DNA of 64,000 bases. Source: a bacterium. Lineage in GTDB: Bacteria; UBA8248. The position numbers and the translations under genes are program-made. Each line of letters starts with the position of its first letter. Within the stretch, counting starts at the first letter, position 1. The notes under the pieces are model-generated. The model saw only the letters and a program-made list of their open reading frames with translations. It was not told the DNA's origin and searched no databases. Below are positions 58,663-64,000 of the stretch, in pieces. The stretch lies in assembly GCA_965219955.1 (NCBI GenBank), contig OZ244799.1:2176001-2240000 (forward strand), given 5' to 3'.

Positions 58663-61137
58663 TCAGAACCGCATGTTGAGGGTGAGGAAGAAGGTGCGGC
58701 CCCAACCGGCCGCTCTGGGCCCGTCCGTATCGGAGGGGTTGGCTGTATGCGTCGAGAGTCTGGTATCGGTGACGTTGTACACGCCCGTGGTCACCCGAAC
58801 GTTTTCCAGACCCAGCGGCCGCTTCCAGTCGAGCGTCACATCGTGGCCGGTCCAGGACCTGAACCTCCCTTCGCCAGACTGACTCTCGATTTCCGAGCGG
58901 TAGTTCGCGGCCCAGAAAGCGGTGAGATTGCCACGCCCGGCCGAGACTACGACGCGCACGGCATCCTGGGGGAGGGGATATCGCCGCTTTTCGCCCGCGA
59001 TTTGCTGCTTGGTGCTGAGGACGTGCCGCCAGAACCCGCGCATTCCGATAACGCCCCAATCCATTTTCATGCGCGCGCCGTAACGGAAATTCACGCCCGA
59101 AATCTCGGTATCGACAATGTTCGCAAAGCTGTCGTGAATGGTGATGTCGCTGCCGATGCGCTCGATGCAGTCGTTTCGGTTACCGCCCTGGCATTCTTGC
59201 AGGTTCAACATGGCCCAGGTGGCGCTGTTCTGCCCCGGCAGGTCGGATGTTGCGAGCCGATACCAGTCCGCGACGAGATAGAACGGCCCTTTGCGGGCCT
59301 CGGCGCCGAAAGAGAACATCTCGGAGCCTGAGGGGTCGAGACCCGGGTTGCCGCTCGTCTCGCGCGTCACCTGTCGGTAGTTCGGACTATCGCATGTGCG
59401 GGGCGGCGGTCCGCTCCCGGGGTCGCAAACGATATAAGGATGGTCCTGCGACGCGTCGCTGTAGATATGCCGCATAGAGGGCGCCGTCTCGCCTGCGCTC
59501 CACGAGCCGCGCAGCGTGACGATGCCGGTCAGACGGTATTCGGCCCCGAAACGCCACGATTCCAATCCGCCGATATCGTCGTATTCGTCGCCGCGTCCCC
59601 CGACCCTGATTTTCAGATTGTCGGTCAGCGACAGGGACATCTCCGCAAAAGCCGCGGCGATGTCGCGCTTGCCGGCATAGCTGGTTCCGCCGGAACCGAG
59701 CACCTCGGTCACATTATGGGTATGGCCGTCCCTGTCCCGAAAGACCAGGAGACGCTGCACGTCCGCGCTTCCCAGTTCGACCCCTGCGGTCCATGCCGTC
59801 AGGCGCCCGCCGATAGCGAAGCCGGAGCCCTCCAGCGCCAGCCGGGCGCCAAGATACTCGGCACTTGTAGTATCCTCCTCCTGCAAGCTGCTGTTCTCGA
59901 TCGCTGCAGAATTACGCGGGTCCAACGGGTTCACGAGGTTGTAATTCCCACTCGCGATCTCTTCCCTGATCCTGCCGGCATGCACGAAAGTGTCGCCGGT
60001 CACGGAATAGTCCAGCCGGTAGGCACTGACGCGCACATCATAGCCGAGACCTTCAGCCAGACGACCCTCAACGCTTGCGGAAATGTCGTATTCCTCGGAA
60101 TCCGTCACCCAGTCCCGGTTGCCGTGGCCGATAAAGCGGTGCCCCACGACGAACTCGTCGTTTTCTCCCAACTGGAAGTCTGAGCCTGCTGCTCTCTTGA
60201 GCTCATCCAGCAACGTCTCGTTCGGCGTAAAGGAAAACACGTCGATCGACGGCGCGTAGCGGAACGCCCCGCGGCCCTGAGTGATGTTCGCGTCCAGATG
60301 GAATTCGGTGTCCTCTCCGAGCGGATACTCCAGGTTCAGGACAGCGCTCTTCTGCTCATAGCTGGGTGTGCTCCACCAGATGTTTCCATAGGCGTAACCA
60401 CAGCCCTCGTCGCCCGTGCGGATACCGGGCGGATTGCTGAGCGGACCGACATAGCCCAGCGACGGGTCGCAGTCCCCCAGTGGCACTGACCTTAAACCGA
60501 CAAATTCTCCCTGGTCGTCTTTCTGGGAGACATAGACGGTGTTGCCGCCGACGCTGATATTCTTGGCTTGGCTGAAACTGCCACCCTCCACCCACTCGGA
60601 GCGGCTGTGTTCCCGGTCCTTTCCGAGGATTTCCTGACGGTCCAGTATGTCCACGCCGAGCGTCATGCGTCCTCCCTTGCCGACAGCGCCGCCCCAGAAG
60701 AGGCTGCCCTGCCAGCCGTCACCACCGTCCTTGCTCGGCATCCGCGTAACCGTTCGCACCTCGAAGCCGTCCAGGTCCTTTCTGAGCACGATATTGAACG
60801 CGCCGTTTATGGCGGCGTGGCCGCCCAGCGTGCTCAGACTCTCGCCTCTCAGAACCTCGATGCGCTCCACGGCCGAGAGCGGCAGGGAATCCAGATTCTG
60901 GCCGGTGGTGGCGTAGGGTCTGCCGTTCACCAGGACGAGCAGATCTCGTCCCCCGGTGAAAAAGTAGCGGATGATGCCGGTGTCCAACAGCTCCTCGATC
61001 GTCTGGGCACCCGACCGCTCGATGAACTTGCGGTCATATTCGGCGATGACCTGCGGGGCCGGCGCGAGAGGTCCGGCATGGGATATCATTACCGCCAGCA
61101 CTGCATAAGCGGCGGCTGCCGCCAAAGCATACCTCAT
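58663..61137 (-). CDS. TonB-dependent receptor
   Basis: Signal peptide, plug motifs LVLVNGR and VERIEVLR...G..NIV, beta-barrel, and terminal GRTFFLTLNMRF. Confidence 0.9.
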   Translation of the reverse strand: MRYALAAAAAYAVLAVMISHAGPLAPAPQVIAEYDRKFIERSGAQTIEELLDTGIIRYFFTGGRDLLVLVNGRPYATTGQNLDSLPLSAVERIEVLRGESLSTLGGHAAINGAFNIVLRKDLDGFEVRTVTRMPSKDGGDGWQGSLFWGGAVGKGGRMTLGVDILDRQEILGKDREHSRSEWVEGGSFSQAKNISVGGNTVYVSQKDDQGEFVGLRSVPLGDCDPSLGYVGPLSNPPGIRTGDEGCGYAYGNIWWSTPSYEQKSAVLNLEYPLGEDTEFHLDANITQGRGAFRYAPSIDVFSFTPNETLLDELKRAAGSDFQLGENDEFVVGHRFIGHGNRDWVTDSEEYDISASVEGRLAEGLGYDVRVSAYRLDYSVTGDTFVHAGRIREEIASGNYNLVNPLDPRNSAAIENSSLQEEDTTSAEYLGARLALEGSGFAIGGRLTAWTAGVELGSADVQRLLVFRDRDGHTHNVTEVLGSGGTSYAGKRDIAAAFAEMSLSLTDNLKIRVGGRGDEYDDIGGLESWRFGAEYRLTGIVTLRGSWSAGETAPSMRHIYSDASQDHPYIVCDPGSGPPPRTCDSPNYRQVTRETSGNPGLDPSGSEMFSFGAEARKGPFYLVADWYRLATSDLPGQNSATWAMLNLQECQGGNRNDCIERIGSDITIHDSFANIVDTEISGVNFRYGARMKMDWGVIGMRGFWRHVLSTKQQIAGEKRRYPLPQDAVRVVVSAGRGNLTAFWAANYRSEIESQSGEGRFRSWTGHDVTLDWKRPLGLENVRVTTGVYNVTDTRLSTHTANPSDTDGPRAAGWGRTFFLTLNMRF

Positions 61138-61456
61138 CAAAATTCCCCTTCTCTGTAAACGCAAACGAACCGGCCAAGGCCAGAGTTGATGATTGCCGAT
61201 GTTATCTGCATTCTGCGATTTGTCGCAACAGCCGGGATGTTCACAGGAACGCGCGATGCTGCAAAGCTCGACTCCCGCGGCTGACAGAACTCCTGATTAC
61301 ACTCGAATCCAAACTGCATAGAGTAGAGTTGAACCATGAAAGACCATGCCCAAGACCGGCGCTTACCCGGAGAATCGGACACACTCCAGGGGACCGGTGA
61401 TCGGCAGGCGGCTCTCGTTCGGCTCCGTGAACGAGGCCGGCGCCAGATTCACGGCG

Positions 61457-61713
61457 ATGAGGAGGAAACCGGATATCGCGTCCCGCGCCGCGGAGCAGGA
61501 CTCGCTTCGAAGGCCGAGACGGAGCGCGCGGTGAATGCGCTCTTAGAAGCCATACGGGGCGCTCTCGCAAGCGGGGAGACTGTCTCTCCAGCGGGGTTCG
61601 GCACGTTCCCGGCGAGGAGCCGGGCGGCGCGTCAGGGACGAAACCCCGGCACGGGGGAGGGCCGCAGACGGGCGGAATACAGAAGACGGCAGGAGGAAAA
61701 CAGGCACCGCTAA
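61457..61713 (+). pseudogene. Frameshifted, 3'-truncated HU-family gene
   Basis: MRRKPDIASRAAEQ in one frame continues as SKAETERAVNALLEAIRGALASGETV..AGFGTF...RAARQGRNPGTGE in another. The C-terminal strand and helix are lost. Confidence 0.75.
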
Positions 61714-62069
61714 GAGGAGGCGAAAAAGTTACCGCTTTTAATACAACAGTTTATCGTGCTTGAGGGTATCCAGTCGTACGATTGTCCGTGGGACGGAACC
61801 ATGAACATGTCTTTGATAAATCAATGACAATTTATTTTCCTGAGAATGACGCCGCGGGATCTGGCGCAGGGAAATTCCGTCATAACCCGCGACACATGCG
61901 ATAACGTCAAACGCGCGGAGTTTCGGGGTGAAAATCCCCCGGGCGGACGCCGGGGCATGATCTGGCTGATCCTTGCTTCATCTAGTAGCTGTAAATACTA
62001 CGAATATAAGCTAGATTCGATGAACTACCGGCTATTTCGGCGCCAGGGTCGATTACATCCTGTGCGGGT

Positions 62070-62204
62070 GGCGGATTTTATTCTGCCGTCTCCTGGTGGA
62101 TCGTCACTTTTCCCGGTCTCGCCATAACGATTACGGTGATGGCTACGAATCTCGTCGGAGACTGGCTGCGGAATTACCTGGACCCGCGATTCAAGGCTCG
62201 CTGA
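62070..62204 (+). pseudogene. C-terminal fragment of a DppC/OppC ABC permease
   Basis: Manual translation gives SWWIVTFPGLAITITVMATNLVGDWLRNYLDPRFKAR*. There is an in-frame TAA at 62007 upstream and no usable start. Confidence 0.75.
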
Positions 62205-62222
62205 TCATACCGCTTCAGCTTC

Positions 62223-63314
62223 TTATTTCGGCGTCGCCGCCTGCGCCTGGGGCGCCTCTTTTTCTTCTGCAGCCGCTTTCGGTGCGCCGATTCCGACGGC
62301 GGCGCGTACCTGACCGTCGATATCCGAGAAAATATCCGCATTCTCGCTCAAGAACCGCTTCACGTTCTCGCGCCCCTGGCCGATGCGCTCCTCGCCATAG
62401 GAGTACCATGCTCCCGTCTTGGCGACGATGCCCTTTTCGACGGCCAGATCGAGCACGTCGCCTTCTCTCGAGACGCCGCGCCCGAACATGATGTCGAATT
62501 CCGCCGTGCGGAACGGGGGAGCGAGCTTGTTCTTCACCACGCGCACCCGCGTCCTGTTGCCCACGTTGTTCTCGCCTTCCTTGATCGCGGCGATGCGCCG
62601 GATGTCCAGGCGCACGGAGGAGTAGAATTTGAGCGCGTTTCCGCCCGAAGTGGTTTCCGGGTTGCCGAACATCACGCCGATCTTCATGCGGATCTGGTTG
62701 ATAAAGATGAAACACGTGTTGCTGCGATGCACCACGCCCGTGAGCTTGCGAAGCGCCTGGCTCATGAGCCGCGCCTGGAGGCCGACGTGGTGGTCCCCCA
62801 TGTCTCCTTCGAGTTCCGCCTTGGGCACCAAAGCGGCCACGGAGTCGATGACGACCACGTCGAGCGAGCCGCTGCTCGTCAGAATCTCGGCGATCTCCAG
62901 GGCCTGCTCGCCCGTATCGGGCTGGGAGACGATGAGGTTGTCCGTCTGCACACCGAGCGCCTTGGCGTAAATCGGATCCAGCGCGTGCTCCGCATCCACG
63001 AAGGCGGCCATTCCGCCGCCCCGCTGCACTTCCGCGATAATTTGCAGCGCGATGGTCGTCTTGCCCGAGGACTCGGGGCCGAATATCTCCACGATGCGCC
63101 CGCGCGGCACGCCTCCGCAGCCCAGGGCGGCGTCGAGCGATACCGAACCGGTGGAAATGGCCGGAATCGCCTCCACGCCCGGCCCTTCGCCCAGGCGCAT
63201 GATGGAGCCTTTGCCGAATTGGCGGTTGATCTGGTTGAATGCCATGTCCAGCGCCTTCTCGCGGCGCTCACGCCCTTGCGGGTTCTCGGAGGGGGACCCG
63301 TTTTTGAGGTTCAT
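62223..63314 (-). CDS. recA: Recombinase RecA
   Basis: [28 protein letters not shown] and [11 protein letters not shown] motifs. Confidence 0.99.
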   Translation of the reverse strand: MNLKNGSPSENPQGRERREKALDMAFNQINRQFGKGSIMRLGEGPGVEAIPAISTGSVSLDAALGCGGVPRGRIVEIFGPESSGKTTIALQIIAEVQRGGGMAAFVDAEHALDPIYAKALGVQTDNLIVSQPDTGEQALEIAEILTSSGSLDVVVIDSVAALVPKAELEGDMGDHHVGLQARLMSQALRKLTGVVHRSNTCFIFINQIRMKIGVMFGNPETTSGGNALKFYSSVRLDIRRIAAIKEGENNVGNRTRVRVVKNKLAPPFRTAEFDIMFGRGVSREGDVLDLAVEKGIVAKTGAWYSYGEERIGQGRENVKRFLSENADIFSDIDGQVRAAVGIGAPKAAAEEKEAPQAQAATPK

Positions 63315-63754
63315 CGGAAAACTCCCTTGGATGGAGGAATGCGCACCGGTTCGGGCGATGGCGGACATAGAGTGAATGTAGGGGATCGATCCGTTTTCTG
63401 CAATACGGCAAACACCACTGCTTCCAAACGCGCTTTTGTGGAGAAAGCCCCATTCCCTCGTCTATCCATGGTTCCCAACTACGGCGGTGGTTGACTTTCG
63501 CTAAACATACGTGAAACGGCCCTGCAGATCAAGTATAAAAAGCGAAAATTCTCGCAGGAAAACTGTTTTCACCTCTCATTGCGGGTGTGAACGGGGTGTT
63601 CATGAGGAAAATACCATTCTTTGCGGGTTCCGCAGATCGTTGAGGTGAACCCCTGTCCTCATCAGGCGTGTATCAATACAAGCCGGCGGATTTTCAGCGC
63701 TTGCCGTTCCGGGTGGTATCAGACGCCACGAAACGGGTGAACCGCCCGCCGCGC

Positions 63755-64000
63755 CTAGTGAAAAGTCACCTTTTCCAGCACGGTGTGAATGGCGCCGGAG
63801 GGGTTGAGTTCGCTCCTGAACAAGACCGCCTCGCGCGCGCGGCAGACGAGAGGGGGCGTCAACCATCGCTGTTCGGCGATTTCAAGCTCTCCCTCGAGTC
63901 CCGCCGGCGGGCGGTCGCGGGACCGGCGGCGGGCGATCGTCAGATGCGGGCGGAATTGCCCTTCGCCGAGGGGGAACCCCGCTTCGGCCAGATGACGAGA
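63755..64000 (-). CDS. thpR: RNA 2',3'-cyclic phosphodiesterase (2H family), 3' part
   Basis: Manual translation ...GQFRPHLTIARR...VLFRSELNPSGAIHTVL...* contains the second HxT motif; usual position upstream of recA; runs off the window edge. Confidence 0.88.
   Translation of the reverse strand, partial: SRHLAEAGFPLGEGQFRPHLTIARRRSRDRPPAGLEGELEIAEQRWLTPPLVCRAREAVLFRSELNPSGAIHTVLEKVTFH

Noticed and set aside
61813-61824. TTGAT-AA-ATCAA as an FNR box
   Set aside because: The spacer is 2 nt rather than the required 4, and no intact gene lies downstream.
63640-63670. Minus-strand CTGATGAG suggesting a hammerhead ribozyme
   Set aside because: No GAAA follows the putative stem II, so the catalytic core is incomplete.

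Overview
This is a GC-rich bacterial chromosome segment. Gene content and order suggest a diderm of the Nitrospinota/Tectomicrobia/Desulfobacterota-like neighbourhood, possibly host-associated; this is inference only. The backbone is housekeeping: trmJ-queA; HU/IHF; a clpB and dnaK-cbpA-hspR-htpX-grpE-dnaJ-rpoZ heat-shock cluster; tRNA-Leu(CAG); ribF; tolC-yqgF-mltG-RR-valS-birA-coaX; def-fmt-rsmB-PASTA-rpe; ffh-rpsP-rimM-trmD-rplS; rnhB-yraN; thpR-recA. Five things stand out. (1) Two convergent genes are mis-called by the ORF track and look like selenoproteins, each with an in-frame UGA and a downstream SECIS-like hairpin: a B12/radical SAM enzyme with a C-U-A-E-P tail (18861-20315) and an ArsC-like UxxC protein (20331-20681). 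They lie between iscA and a marR-LLM-cyclase unit. (2) A nested repeat system has short GGGG(T/C)TGTTG...CAACA(A/G)CCCC inverted ends enclosing different REP doublets at four loci, and one doublet is flipped in place. (3) An internally deleted IS1595 element carries a Cys-rich secreted passenger gene. (4) Accessory inserts include an ERG4/ERG24-type sterol reductase, pyruvate carboxylase, a TonB-dependent receptor, a TbpB-like lipoprotein and a YHYH protein. (5) A long repetitive coiled-coil OmpA/MotB protein and a RomR-like pseudo-receiver are present. No CRISPR array, rRNA or intact transposase was seen.
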